Positions 19,855 to 28,951 of a stretch of DNA of 64,000 nucleotides are shown one piece after another. Origin of the DNA: Planctomycetaceae bacterium. GTDB taxonomy: Bacteria; Planctomycetota; Planctomycetia; Planctomycetales; Planctomycetaceae. Position 1 is the stretch's first letter. Each line of letters starts with the position of its first letter. The notes beneath the pieces are model-generated. The model did not search any database. It was not told the origin of the DNA and was given only the letters and a program-made list of their open reading frames with translations. The DNA is taken from NCBI GenBank assembly GCA_044337025.1, contig JBIIOI010000008.1, positions 43,727 through 107,726 of the forward strand, in the 5' to 3' direction. The position numbers were made by a program, and so were the translations under genes.

Positions 19855-20883
19855 CTAGGCGGTCGGGACCGAATTGATCGTCTGGACCAGGCGGGCGATG
19901 ATCTTGTACGGATCAGCCTGCGAGTTCGGACGACGGTCTTCGAGGTAGCCCTTGTAGGCATCGTTCGCGACGAAGCTGTGCGGGATACGGATCGAAGCAC
20001 CACGGTTGGCGACACCGTAGTTGAACTTGTCGATCGACTGGGTTTCGTGCAGACCGGTCAGACGCAGGTGGTTGTCTGGGCCGTACGCAGCGATGTGCTC
20101 GTTCTTGTACTTGTCGAAGGCAGCCATGAGCTTCTCGAAGTAAGCCTTGCCACCCTTCTCGCGCATGTAGCCGGTCGAGAAATTGGTGTGCATGCCGGAG
20201 CCGTTCCAGTCGACGTCCTTGCCCAGCGGCTTGCAGTGGAAGTTGACGTCCACGCCGTACTTTTCGCACAGGCGGATCATCAGGTAGCGGGCGACCCACA
20301 TATCGTCGCCGATGGCCGTTGCACCCTTGGCGAATATCTGGAATTCCCACTGCCCCTTGGCGACTTCGGCGTTGATCCCTTCGAGGTTGATGCCGGCGTC
20401 AAGGCAGATGTCGATGTGCTCTTCGACGATTTCGCGAGCAATGTCACCGACGTTGCTGTAGCCGATACCGGTGTAGTACGGCCCCTGCGGAGCGGGGTAG
20501 CCTTCTGCTGGGAATCCGAGCGGGCGGCCGTCCTGGTAGAAGAAGTATTCCTGCTCGAGACCGATCCACAGGTCATCCATCTTGCCGACGGTCGACCGGA
20601 AGTTGGTCACGTGCGGAGTTCCATCCGGCATCATGACTTCGCACATCACCAGGAAGCCGTTCTTGCGGCCGCTGTCTGGATACAGTGCGACTGGCTTCAG
20701 AACGCAGTCCGAGCTCTTCCCTTCGGCCTGACGGGTGGAACTGCCGTCAAAACCCCACAGGGCCAGATCGGCGACCGAGGTCGGGGCCTTGTCGACCACC
20801 TTGGTCTTGCTGCGGAGGTTCGGCTCAGGGGTGTAGCCGTCCAACCAAATGTACTCCAGCTTGTACTTCGACGACGAACTCAT
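19855..20883 (-). CDS. glnII: glutamine synthetase type II (eukaryote-like GS-II)
   Basis: 342 aa from MSSSSKYKLEYIWLDG, including ...GPYYTGIG...NAEVAKGQWEFQI. Start was mapped to ATG 20881-20883. The upstream 175 codons of the track ORF were discarded. Confidence 0.9.
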   Translation of the reverse strand: MSSSSKYKLEYIWLDGYTPEPNLRSKTKVVDKAPTSVADLALWGFDGSSTRQAEGKSSDCVLKPVALYPDSGRKNGFLVMCEVMMPDGTPHVTNFRSTVGKMDDLWIGLEQEYFFYQDGRPLGFPAEGYPAPQGPYYTGIGYSNVGDIAREIVEEHIDICLDAGINLEGINAEVAKGQWEFQIFAKGATAIGDDMWVARYLMIRLCEKYGVDVNFHCKPLGKDVDWNGSGMHTNFSTGYMREKGGKAYFEKLMAAFDKYKNEHIAAYGPDNHLRLTGLHETQSIDKFNYGVANRGASIRIPHSFVANDAYKGYLEDRRPNSQADPYKIIARLVQTINSVPTA

Positions 20884-21238
20884 CAGTGTCTCCAGGGCAA
20901 ACGCGAGGCGAGGTGTCTGCATGCATTCCGGAAGGCAGGGCCAACCCCTACCCGGTGCCGATGTCGAGCGCTCCTCCGCACAGCCAGGCACCTTTATGAT
21001 GCTCTGCCGCCGGTCCGTCAACCATGCGAACGTGAGCTGGGCCCATGCCCAGCTTCTGTGCAGTGCTGCCCAACCGTTCGGCAGGCCTCTCGGGCGGACC
21101 CGAAAAAACCGGCAGAAATCGCTGGTTGAGCAACGAACTGCGACATTCGGTTCCTGGTTAGGCAAACAGCGTGCCAGTGGAAATGGCTTATGGTGGATGG
21201 CAGATGGCTTGTGGCCAGAGGCAGGGCCAGCGGGGATT

Positions 21239-23245
21239 TCAGTCGAGGTTCCGCACGCGGTAATCCCGCCCTTCGACCTCCACGAACCCCAATATCGCCC
21301 CGTCTTTCTGGGCCACGAGTACCCCTCCGTGGTACTGGGAGGTAAGTGGCAGCTCGGAATCGAGACGCCACTGCTCGCCATCTTGCTGGATCGTGCGGGC
21401 CAGGACAAACACGGGCTCCAGGCCTCCCCCCGCGACCACGAAGGCGTCCTCTGCGACCGACAACGCGCGGGACTTCATCTCGGCGTTCGCGGGCAGGCTG
21501 GCATCGGAGAGTCGAGTCCCCTGGGCAACGGCCTGCAGCTTTTGTTCGTCAAAGGTCAGTTCTCCCACTTTCACCGAACTGCTTCCCGCCAGGGCATCAG
21601 GGGGGATGAGCATCAAATCGGCCGGACCAACGAGCTGTCCGCTTTTGGGCAAGAGCCAACCGGTACGGGTCCGGGCTGCGTTGCGAAACAGCCCATCATG
21701 CGTCCAGCTCAAAGTTGCGGGCAGCAGCGTCGGCAGATTGGCCGGCGGCGGGACGGGGGTCTGACCAAGTTTGGGCTGCCAGGTCAGCCACTCTGGATCG
21801 AGTTTCGGAGCCAGCGAATAGCGATGCCCCTCGGGAACCGGTTCTCCGGACTCCGGAGGCACAGCCACTCCGATCCCGCCGGTGAGCAGCGTCTCGACCG
21901 GACCGACCTGCACGGACAACTCGGTCAGACCGCCCTGGAACCGCACTCCCGACTGGTTCCAGAAGACGGTCTTCTGCCGCATCAGATTGCGGTATTCCGG
22001 GCGGATGTAGACCCGCGCCACGACGCGGCTCTGGTCGAGATTCAGACCCGAGGAGATGATCCCGCCGATTCGCAGGCGCCGAAAGTAGACTCCCGAGCCG
22101 GGCGAGAGCCCCTGAGCATCCAGCGACTCGACCAGCACTTCGATCCCTCCGGGGGAATCCAGGTCCGGCAGCGGGGGCTCTTCGAGGCCGCGGAACTGCG
22201 AGACGCGGAGCCCATTGGTATCACCTGGCTGCACGGTCAGGTACTTGGCCCCCACGACCGTATCCAGCCCCCCGATCCCCGTGAGGTCAACCTGCGGCCG
22301 AACGATCCAGAACCGGCTCCCCTCGCGGGCCAGCTTCTCGCCGTCCGGAGTGACAGCCACATGCACGTGGACCTGGTCCAGCGAGTCATTGAACTGCACC
22401 TGATCGACTTCTCCCACCACGATCCCGTGATAGCGCAGCTGATCGCGGACCTTCAGCCCGTGGCCCTGCTGAAAGGTGATCTCGATGCGGCGGGGCTGGT
22501 TCAGCCACCCGCGCAGAACGATTCCCCCGACAATCAACAGCGTCACGAGCGGAATCATCCAGATCCCCCAGCGGCCACGATTCGGTGGCTGGGGAGCTGA
22601 CTTGGCTGTGGGAAGGGCCGGGTTGACCGGGGGCAATGCCGCAGGACCGCCTCCGGAACTGTCAGTCGACTCGGCCCACAGGCAATGCGGGTCAAACGCG
22701 AGCGAGGCACACAGACTGGCCACGACGAACATCCCGAACAGGATCACTCCCGGACCGGCCCCAAAATTCACGAGCCCGCCAAGCTTCACGAACGCCACCA
22801 TCACAGCCACCAGCAGCACATCCACCATCCCCCAGCGGCCCAGGTGTTCAACCAAGCGATACGTAACGGCCCGGTGGCGTGGCTCGAGCTGCCAGCGGTC
22901 CTGACACAAGAACATCAGCAACGACAACTTGATCAGCGGCAGGACGATCGAGAACAGCAGGACGATCACCCCCACGAAGACGTGGCCTTCGGTGAGGAGC
23001 GACTTCACCCCCTGGATCAGGCTGGCTTCGTGCAGCTGGCCAAGCTGTTCGATCCTCAGAAACTTCCAGCAGGTCGCAGGCAGGTACAGAACCAGGGCTG
23101 TCAGGCACAGAGCAATCGTCAGGCGGTTCCGCCCGTGCTCGTCCTCCCAGGGGCCCAGATGAGTATCGCATCGCCCGCACAGATCGCCCGTGGCCTGCGG
23201 AGACCATTGAATTAGTCCGCAGCAATGACAGCTTTGAAGTCGCAT
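21239..23245 (-). CDS. PqiA-PqiB fusion protein (paraquat-inducible protein A membrane domain plus MCE/MlaD domains)
   Basis: The N-terminus MRLQSCHCCGLIQW...CGRCDTHL is the PqiA zinc ribbon followed by TM helices. The C-terminal about 400 aa has MCE-type beta-rich repeats. Start was mapped to ATG 23243-23245. Confidence 0.7.
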   Translation of the reverse strand: MRLQSCHCCGLIQWSPQATGDLCGRCDTHLGPWEDEHGRNRLTIALCLTALVLYLPATCWKFLRIEQLGQLHEASLIQGVKSLLTEGHVFVGVIVLLFSIVLPLIKLSLLMFLCQDRWQLEPRHRAVTYRLVEHLGRWGMVDVLLVAVMVAFVKLGGLVNFGAGPGVILFGMFVVASLCASLAFDPHCLWAESTDSSGGGPAALPPVNPALPTAKSAPQPPNRGRWGIWMIPLVTLLIVGGIVLRGWLNQPRRIEITFQQGHGLKVRDQLRYHGIVVGEVDQVQFNDSLDQVHVHVAVTPDGEKLAREGSRFWIVRPQVDLTGIGGLDTVVGAKYLTVQPGDTNGLRVSQFRGLEEPPLPDLDSPGGIEVLVESLDAQGLSPGSGVYFRRLRIGGIISSGLNLDQSRVVARVYIRPEYRNLMRQKTVFWNQSGVRFQGGLTELSVQVGPVETLLTGGIGVAVPPESGEPVPEGHRYSLAPKLDPEWLTWQPKLGQTPVPPPANLPTLLPATLSWTHDGLFRNAARTRTGWLLPKSGQLVGPADLMLIPPDALAGSSSVKVGELTFDEQKLQAVAQGTRLSDASLPANAEMKSRALSVAEDAFVVAGGGLEPVFVLARTIQQDGEQWRLDSELPLTSQYHGGVLVAQKDGAILGFVEVEGRDYRVRNLD

Positions 23246-23414
23246 CAGAGGCTCGCCGGTAGGGAATGTTCCGCGATGTTGCGAAAAAAACACGCCCGGT
23301 TTCCGAAGCACGAGGCTCGCAACCTCGGACTTTCGTAATCGGCGAGTAAATTTTCTGCATCTGGTTCTGCGTTCTACGCGAGGAGCGCGCACCAGTCCAG
23401 CGCCGAGTGCTGTG

Positions 23415-25109
23415 ATGTTCCATGGCCTGATCCCCGAATCTCTTGCCGCAACGCCCCCCGGCGTTGTGATCGGCGGAGCACTACTCGGTGCCGGGATCTA
23501 TTTCATTCTGAAAGCAATCTGGAGCGGTGCCGCTGCGCCCGTCCCAGTCGACGACTCGGCGTTTGACGACACTCAGGAACTTCGCAACCAGCTTCAGCTG
23601 CGCGAATGGGAACTGGAACTGACGCGGCACTTTCTGCGAACCCGTGACCGCGCCGGTCGGCTGGAGATGCTGCTCAAGTCGCTGGAGATCCCCGAGGATC
23701 GCGGCTTTGCAGCTGTGTTCCGCATGGTGGGTTCCGATCTGCGTCTGGAACAGTCCCACGGGCTGAGCCCCGAGTCGAGGCAGAAGCTGTCGCTGTCCCC
23801 CCGCATGATCCGACAGACGATCTCGGGCGGCGTCACTATGACGTCGATCTCGGACGCTCCGATGAATCAGCATCTGCTGGGGCTGACCATCGCCGATCGG
23901 GCCGCGTTGACGCAGTTCTACGGAGTCCGGCTCGGGAACATCCGCCACCCGTGGGGCATATTGGTGACGACCCATCTGCCGGCTGTTCAGTCGAGCGAAC
24001 CGGCCACGCGGGATGCCTGGGAGCATCTCGCGACGATTCTGGGCGAGGAACTGGCCGCTCAGGAATCGATCTCGCAGCAGGGGGACGAGCTGGCCCTGAC
24101 CCGCGAAATGCTGGAACTGCGGTCGATGGCCGACCTGCAGTTCCGCAGCCCGACGCACCTGTTCCAGGAGTTCCTGAAACGGCTGGCGGAACTCGCCGAC
24201 TTCGAGCGTACGACGCTGATCATCAGCGGAGAAGAGTATCAGCTGACCGCTCCATCAGTCGTTCGTGGCGGAGGGGCTCTGTCGCGCGAACTGGTCTCCA
24301 TCTGGGAGGCGGCCGAGTATCGCTTGATGGCCGAAGCGGCCCGGGCTTCGGGGGGCACGATCTGGACCGAACGTGATCTGTCTCAGATCGGCTTGCAAGG
24401 TCCGTTCAATATGGCGGTCGTGCTGCCGCTGCGGTACCGCGAGTGGATCGTCGGACGACTGTGCCTGACGCGACGATCAGGAGGGGCCGTCAATGAGAAC
24501 GACCGCCGCCTGATCCAGTGGGGAACTGAATTCCTGGTCGACCTGATCGCGAGAACGGTCGATCGCGCTGCGGTGGAACAGCTCGCCCGGCTGGACGGCT
24601 TGACGCAGCTGGCCAATCGACACACCTTCGATACAGAGCTGGATCGGGCCATCGATCGCGCGAACCGGACCGGAGACGAGTGCGCGTTGATCATGCTCGA
24701 TATGGACCACTTCAAGGCCGTGAACGACACGCACGGTCACCTGGGCGGAGATGCCGCCTTGGCCACGGTCGCCCGCGTTGTGGAACGCTCAGTGCAGGCC
24801 TCGCGAACTGATGACCATCCACTGGTCGCACGGTACGGAGGGGAAGAACTGGTCGTGCTGCTCCCCGGAGTGGGTGAACCGGGAGCTCGCCGAATCGCCG
24901 AGTCGATTCGCGAGGCCATCGGACGAACGCCGATTCATCACGACGATCGAGAGTTTCGTATCACGGTCAGCGCCGGAGTGGCTGCCCGCAATGGAGTCAT
25001 GATCACCTCGCGGCACCTCGTCGGCTCCGCGGACTCGGCCCTCTATCGTGCGAAGCAGAACGGACGAAACCGGGTGGAAGTCGCCGAAAGAGCCATCGCC
25101 AGCACTTGA
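23415..25109 (+). CDS. GGDEF-domain diguanylate cyclase with N-terminal TM and GAF-like sensor region
   Basis: LANRHTFDTELDRA...RYGGEELVVLL is a GGEEL active-site variant. The track start 23412 is GTG; the ATG is at 23415. Confidence 0.85.
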   Translation: MFHGLIPESLAATPPGVVIGGALLGAGIYFILKAIWSGAAAPVPVDDSAFDDTQELRNQLQLREWELELTRHFLRTRDRAGRLEMLLKSLEIPEDRGFAAVFRMVGSDLRLEQSHGLSPESRQKLSLSPRMIRQTISGGVTMTSISDAPMNQHLLGLTIADRAALTQFYGVRLGNIRHPWGILVTTHLPAVQSSEPATRDAWEHLATILGEELAAQESISQQGDELALTREMLELRSMADLQFRSPTHLFQEFLKRLAELADFERTTLIISGEEYQLTAPSVVRGGGALSRELVSIWEAAEYRLMAEAARASGGTIWTERDLSQIGLQGPFNMAVVLPLRYREWIVGRLCLTRRSGGAVNENDRRLIQWGTEFLVDLIARTVDRAAVEQLARLDGLTQLANRHTFDTELDRAIDRANRTGDECALIMLDMDHFKAVNDTHGHLGGDAALATVARVVERSVQASRTDDHPLVARYGGEELVVLLPGVGEPGARRIAESIREAIGRTPIHHDDREFRITVSAGVAARNGVMITSRHLVGSADSALYRAKQNGRNRVEVAERAIAST

Positions 25110-25258
25110 GCTGAACTCCAAGTCCCGGCACGAGTTGGCCTCGGGCGAGTCGCGGTTCGAGCGACTTTTCGCCTGTCGGACGCGTGATTCCCGCGCCCGG
25201 CCCTCCTACAATGCTCGATTCCCCGCAGGGCGGGGATGGCGAGGTTCTCTCGCTGCCG

Positions 25259-25317
25259 GAACCAGCAGGTCTTTCTGAGGCCCGCTGGTTCGTCTGTTTT
25301 CGAGACCTCTCGAAAAC
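25259..25317 (+). promoter_or_regulatory. two adjacent hairpins in the guaA 5' leader (8-bp GAACCAGC/GCTGGTTC; 9-bp GTTTTCGAG/CTCGAAAAC)
   Basis: Seen in the sequence 33-90 nt upstream of the guaA ATG. Their function is unknown. Confidence 0.3.
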
Positions 25318-25349
25318 CCGGCAGCGAGCACAGAAGGTTCGGTGAGGCA

Positions 25350-26939
25350 ATGTCCACCCAGTCCCCTGGTTCCACTTCTCCCCAGTCCAGCTCGAACGTC
25401 CAGGGCGAAAAGATCCTGGTCCTCGACTTCGGCTCGCAGACGGCCCAGCTGATCGCCCGCCGCGTGCGTGAGCAGAATGTCTTCTGCCAGATGGTGCGGC
25501 ACGATCTGTCCGCAGACCGGATTCGCGAGATCGCTCCCAAGGCCCTGATCCTCAGTGGCGGCCCGGCCAGCGTCTACGAGAAGGGCTCGCCGCTGCCTGA
25601 CCCGCGAATCTTCGAACTGGGGATTCCGATCCTCGGTATCTGTTACGGGATGCAAGCCGCGTGCCAGGCTCTGGGCAGCAAGGTCCAGCCCGGCGAGTCG
25701 CGCGAGTTCGGGCACAAGACCTGCCACTCACACACGACCGATCCGTTCTTCGCCGATGTGCCGACCGACTCGACGGTCTGGATGAGCCACGGCGATCAGG
25801 TCCAGGATCTCGACCGCGACTTCATCTCGCTGGCATCGACCGACACCTGCCCGCATGCAGCCATTCGGCACAAGACACGGCCGATCTACGGGCTGCAGTT
25901 CCACCCCGAAGTCACGCACAGCGAGTGCGGTCCCCAGCTAATCGCCAACTTCGTCAAGAAGATCGCCAAGTGCGAGGGACACTGGTCGATGGCCAGCTTC
26001 ATCGACCAGCAGGTCAACGAAATTCGCCAGCGCGTTGGACACCGCCGCGTGATCTGCGGCCTGTCGGGCGGAGTCGATTCGTCAGTCACTGCGGCCCTGC
26101 TCTTCAAGGCGATTGGTTCGCAGCTCTCCTGCATCTTTGTGGACAACGGTCTGCTGCGAAAGGGGGAATCGGATCAGGTTCGCGACCAGTTCGGCGACCA
26201 CTTCAAGACCGATCTGCATGTGGTTGATGCCTCGAAGCAGTTCCTAGGCGAACTGGCCGGAGTGGCCGATCCGCAGAAGAAGCGCAAGATCATTGGCCGC
26301 GTCTTCATCGAGGTGTTCCGTCACGAAGCCAAGTCGATCAAAGACGCCGACTTCCTGGCTCAGGGAACGCTCTATCCCGATGTGATCGAATCCGGTGCCA
26401 ACCCCGATGGCCCCGCTGCCACCATCAAGTCGCACCACAACGTGGGTGGCCTGCCCGCCGAACTCGGCTTCGAATTGATCGAGCCGCTGCGGGATCTGTT
26501 TAAGGACGAGGTCCGCCGCCTGGGGCTGGAGCTGGGCCTGCCGGAGCACCTGATCTGGCGGCATCCGTTCCCCGGTCCGGGACTGGCGGTGCGGTGCCTG
26601 GGAGCTGTCTCGGAGCAGCGGCTGAATGTGCTGCGTGAGGCCGATGCCGTGTTCCTGGATGAACTCGAAAAGGCGGGCCTGTATCGCCAGGTGCAGCAGG
26701 CCTTTGCCGTGCTGCTGCCGCTGCAGACGGTCGGTGTGATGGGCGACGGGCGGACTTACGAAGATGTGATCGCAATCCGCTCGGTCAACACCGACAACTT
26801 CATGACAGCCGACTGGTCGCGGTTGCCGTATGACCTGCTGCAGAAGATCTCCTCCCGGATCACCAACAGCGTCCGCGGCGTGAACCGCGTGGTCTACGAC
26901 ATCAGCTCGAAGCCGCCCAGCACGATCGAATGGGAATAA
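25350..26939 (+). CDS. guaA: GMP synthase (glutamine-hydrolysing)
   Basis: 529 aa from MSTQSP...[22 protein letters not shown] GATase domain, an ATP-PPase SGGVDSSV loop and the C-terminal IEWE are present. ATG was mapped to 25350. Confidence 0.95.
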   Translation: MSTQSPGSTSPQSSSNVQGEKILVLDFGSQTAQLIARRVREQNVFCQMVRHDLSADRIREIAPKALILSGGPASVYEKGSPLPDPRIFELGIPILGICYGMQAACQALGSKVQPGESREFGHKTCHSHTTDPFFADVPTDSTVWMSHGDQVQDLDRDFISLASTDTCPHAAIRHKTRPIYGLQFHPEVTHSECGPQLIANFVKKIAKCEGHWSMASFIDQQVNEIRQRVGHRRVICGLSGGVDSSVTAALLFKAIGSQLSCIFVDNGLLRKGESDQVRDQFGDHFKTDLHVVDASKQFLGELAGVADPQKKRKIIGRVFIEVFRHEAKSIKDADFLAQGTLYPDVIESGANPDGPAATIKSHHNVGGLPAELGFELIEPLRDLFKDEVRRLGLELGLPEHLIWRHPFPGPGLAVRCLGAVSEQRLNVLREADAVFLDELEKAGLYRQVQQAFAVLLPLQTVGVMGDGRTYEDVIAIRSVNTDNFMTADWSRLPYDLLQKISSRITNSVRGVNRVVYDISSKPPSTIEWE

Positions 26940-27220
26940 CCTGTGGAGTGGGAACGATTTATGGTCGCTCCGCGTGAGACAAACGTGCGAGACTGCCTGG
27001 AGCCAGAGTCCGCCCGGAGACCATTAGGTGTTGCTCTCAAAGGGGTTACGATGAGCAGTCCTCTCGGCTGCGTCTCAGGTATTGTCCACTTTGAATACGT
27101 TCGGGACTGAGTTGAAGACCATCCTGATTTTCCGCATAATGCTGCGTTCCGGTCTTCGCGGCGTGCGATGGCCGATTCCGATGAGCCGGTCCGCGAAGGA
27201 CCTTGATCCGAGATCAATCC

Positions 27221-27517
27221 ATGGCCATGAATAGCAGCGGCAACCCGATGAACAAGACCGACATCCGGAAGATCCGGAAGAAGCGGCAGCGGCTGAAGAA
27301 GAAGATGAAGTGCCGCTTCGCTCCGGACGGTGTCATTCCGCGTCCAGTCTATGTCGACTACAAAGACGTTCGTCTCCTCAAGACACTCGTCGACCGCGAA
27401 GGCCGGATTCAGCCTCGCCGCCGGTCGGGAACCTCTGCCTTGTTTCAGCGGGCTGTCCGCGAAGCTGTGCTGCGGGCTCGCTTCATCGGTCTGATGCCGT
27501 ACGTGGCTGACGAATAG
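27221..27517 (+). CDS. rpsR: 30S ribosomal protein bS18
   Basis: The CRF...[33 protein letters not shown]...LMPYV segment is present. The track start 27203 is TTG. ATG 27221 or 27227 is more likely. Confidence 0.85.
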   Translation: MAMNSSGNPMNKTDIRKIRKKRQRLKKKMKCRFAPDGVIPRPVYVDYKDVRLLKTLVDREGRIQPRRRSGTSALFQRAVREAVLRARFIGLMPYVADE

Positions 27518-27536
27518 TCCACACGTTGACATTCAC

Positions 27537-27573
27537 AACAGGCACGGTGAGCTGACAGCTGACCGTGCCTGTT
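27537..27573 (+). terminator. 12-bp stem hairpin (AACAGGCACGGT/ACCGTGCCTGTT) between rpsR and yggS
   Basis: Seen in the sequence. It is followed by a weak U-tract (TCTCGTCTCC). Confidence 0.4.
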
Positions 27574-27592
27574 CTCGTCTCCGGACCTGGCC

Positions 27593-28279
27593 ATGGCCGA
27601 TCTTCGCACTCAGCTCGCAGCCAATCTCGCGCATGTCCGCGAGCGAATCACAGTGGCCTGCCAACAGGCCGGGCGATCCCCCTTCGAGGTCACGCTCGTC
27701 GCGGTCACCAAGTACGCCCAGCTCGAATGGATCGAGGGGCTGATCGAGCTCGGCGTCATGGACCTCGCCGAGAATCGACCGCAACAACTCGTTGAGCGGC
27801 AGGCCCGCTGGCCTCAGGTCCGCTGGCACCTGATCGGGCAGCTGCAGCGCAACAAGGCCAAGACGGTACTCGGCCCGGCAGCCCTGATTCACTCCGTCGA
27901 TTCCCTGCGACTGGCCGAGCGTCTCTCGAACCTGGCCGAAACGCCGCAGCGCATCTTGTGCGAGGTCAATGTTTCCGGAGAAGCCACAAAGGCCGGGTTC
28001 ACGCCGACTGAACTTCAAGAGTCCTGGGACAAGCTACTGGCACTCCCAAACCTCCTGGTCGAGGGCCTGATGACGATGGCCCCACTGTCGGAGAATCCCG
28101 AAGATGCTCGCCCCGTGTTCTCGGAGTTACGCCAGTTGCGGGACTTGCTGCAGCTGCGTTCCCCACAGAGCGTGTCGCTGTCGCACCTGTCGATGGGGAT
28201 GAGCGGCGACTACGAGGTGGCGATCCAGGAAGGAGCCACACTGGTACGAGTTGGCAGCCGACTGTTCGAAGGTCTCTGA
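27593..28279 (+). CDS. yggS: YggS-family pyridoxal-phosphate homeostasis protein
   Basis: 228 aa with the typical segments VTLVAVTKY...[12 protein letters not shown]...SMGMSGDY. Confidence 0.9.
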   Translation: MADLRTQLAANLAHVRERITVACQQAGRSPFEVTLVAVTKYAQLEWIEGLIELGVMDLAENRPQQLVERQARWPQVRWHLIGQLQRNKAKTVLGPAALIHSVDSLRLAERLSNLAETPQRILCEVNVSGEATKAGFTPTELQESWDKLLALPNLLVEGLMTMAPLSENPEDARPVFSELRQLRDLLQLRSPQSVSLSHLSMGMSGDYEVAIQEGATLVRVGSRLFEGL

Positions 28280-28328
28280 GAGTTGTTTCTGACTTCCAGG
28301 CCAAGAACCTCATCCAATACGTTAGATT

Positions 28329-28450
28329 CCCACTGCCCACTGCCCACTGCCCACTGCCCACTGCCCACTGCCCACTGCCCACTGCCCACTGCCCACTGCC
28401 CACTGCCCACTGCCCACTGCCCACTGCCCACTGCCCACTGCCCACTGCCC
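28329..28450. repeat. (CCCACTG)n heptanucleotide microsatellite, about 17 tandem copies
   Basis: Seen in the sequence. It generates the spurious ORFs HCPLPTA... (+) and GSGQWAV... (-). It lies between the convergent yggS and arfB-like 3' ends. Confidence 0.9.
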
Positions 28451-28451
28451 T

Positions 28452-28946
28452 TTATTCCAACTCCCGCAGACCGCGCCGCGATCGGTCCTCGTTAATCCGC
28501 AGCAGGGCTTCAGGAGCCTTCTTCCATAGCTTCGTCAGCTGGCTGACTGTCGTCCCCAGCGCTGCAGCCACTTCCTGCAGGTGGCCATCGAGTTGCGCAT
28601 GCAGATCGAGCGACTCAGCCAGCAGCGGTGGAAAGTCGTCATGTGTTTCACTGATTTCAAGACACGTCCCACGAAGCCGGGATTGCCATAGAGGACTGCT
28701 TCCTGGCTCCCGCGCTGTGCGAATGCGTATTGCCAGTTGGACACGCAGTCGGAACAGCGCCATCTGCTGGTTCTCGGCCTGGCTGCGGCGTTCGCTGGCC
28801 TGAGCTGTGACGCCGGTGGGGCGATGAGCCAGAACAATCGCGGTCTCGACCTTATTCCGATTCTGCCCGCCCGGCCCCGACCGGCGAGTCCGCGTCACCT
28901 CGCACTGTTCCAGCAGTTCCGAGGGAGGGAGGTCCGCAGGGTGCAT
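28452..28946 (-). CDS. ArfB-like peptidyl-tRNA hydrolase / class-I release-factor domain protein (GGQ motif)
   Basis: [39 protein letters not shown] is present. Start was mapped to ATG 28944-28946, 5 nt after the stop of the upstream kinase gene. Confidence 0.7.
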   Translation of the reverse strand: MHPADLPPSELLEQCEVTRTRRSGPGGQNRNKVETAIVLAHRPTGVTAQASERRSQAENQQMALFRLRVQLAIRIRTAREPGSSPLWQSRLRGTCLEISETHDDFPPLLAESLDLHAQLDGHLQEVAAALGTTVSQLTKLWKKAPEALLRINEDRSRRGLRELE

Positions 28947-28951
28947 GGGAA

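Noticed and set aside
19708-22600. Plus-strand ORFs of 473 and 583 aa
   Set aside because: They are antisense to glnII and the pqiAB fusion, and are low-complexity Arg/Gly/Pro-rich.
28283-28495. Short ORFs encoding [14 protein letters not shown]… (+) and [14 protein letters not shown]… (-)
   Set aside because: They are translations of the (CCCACTG)n microsatellite. They have no start context and lie in an intergenic position between convergent genes.
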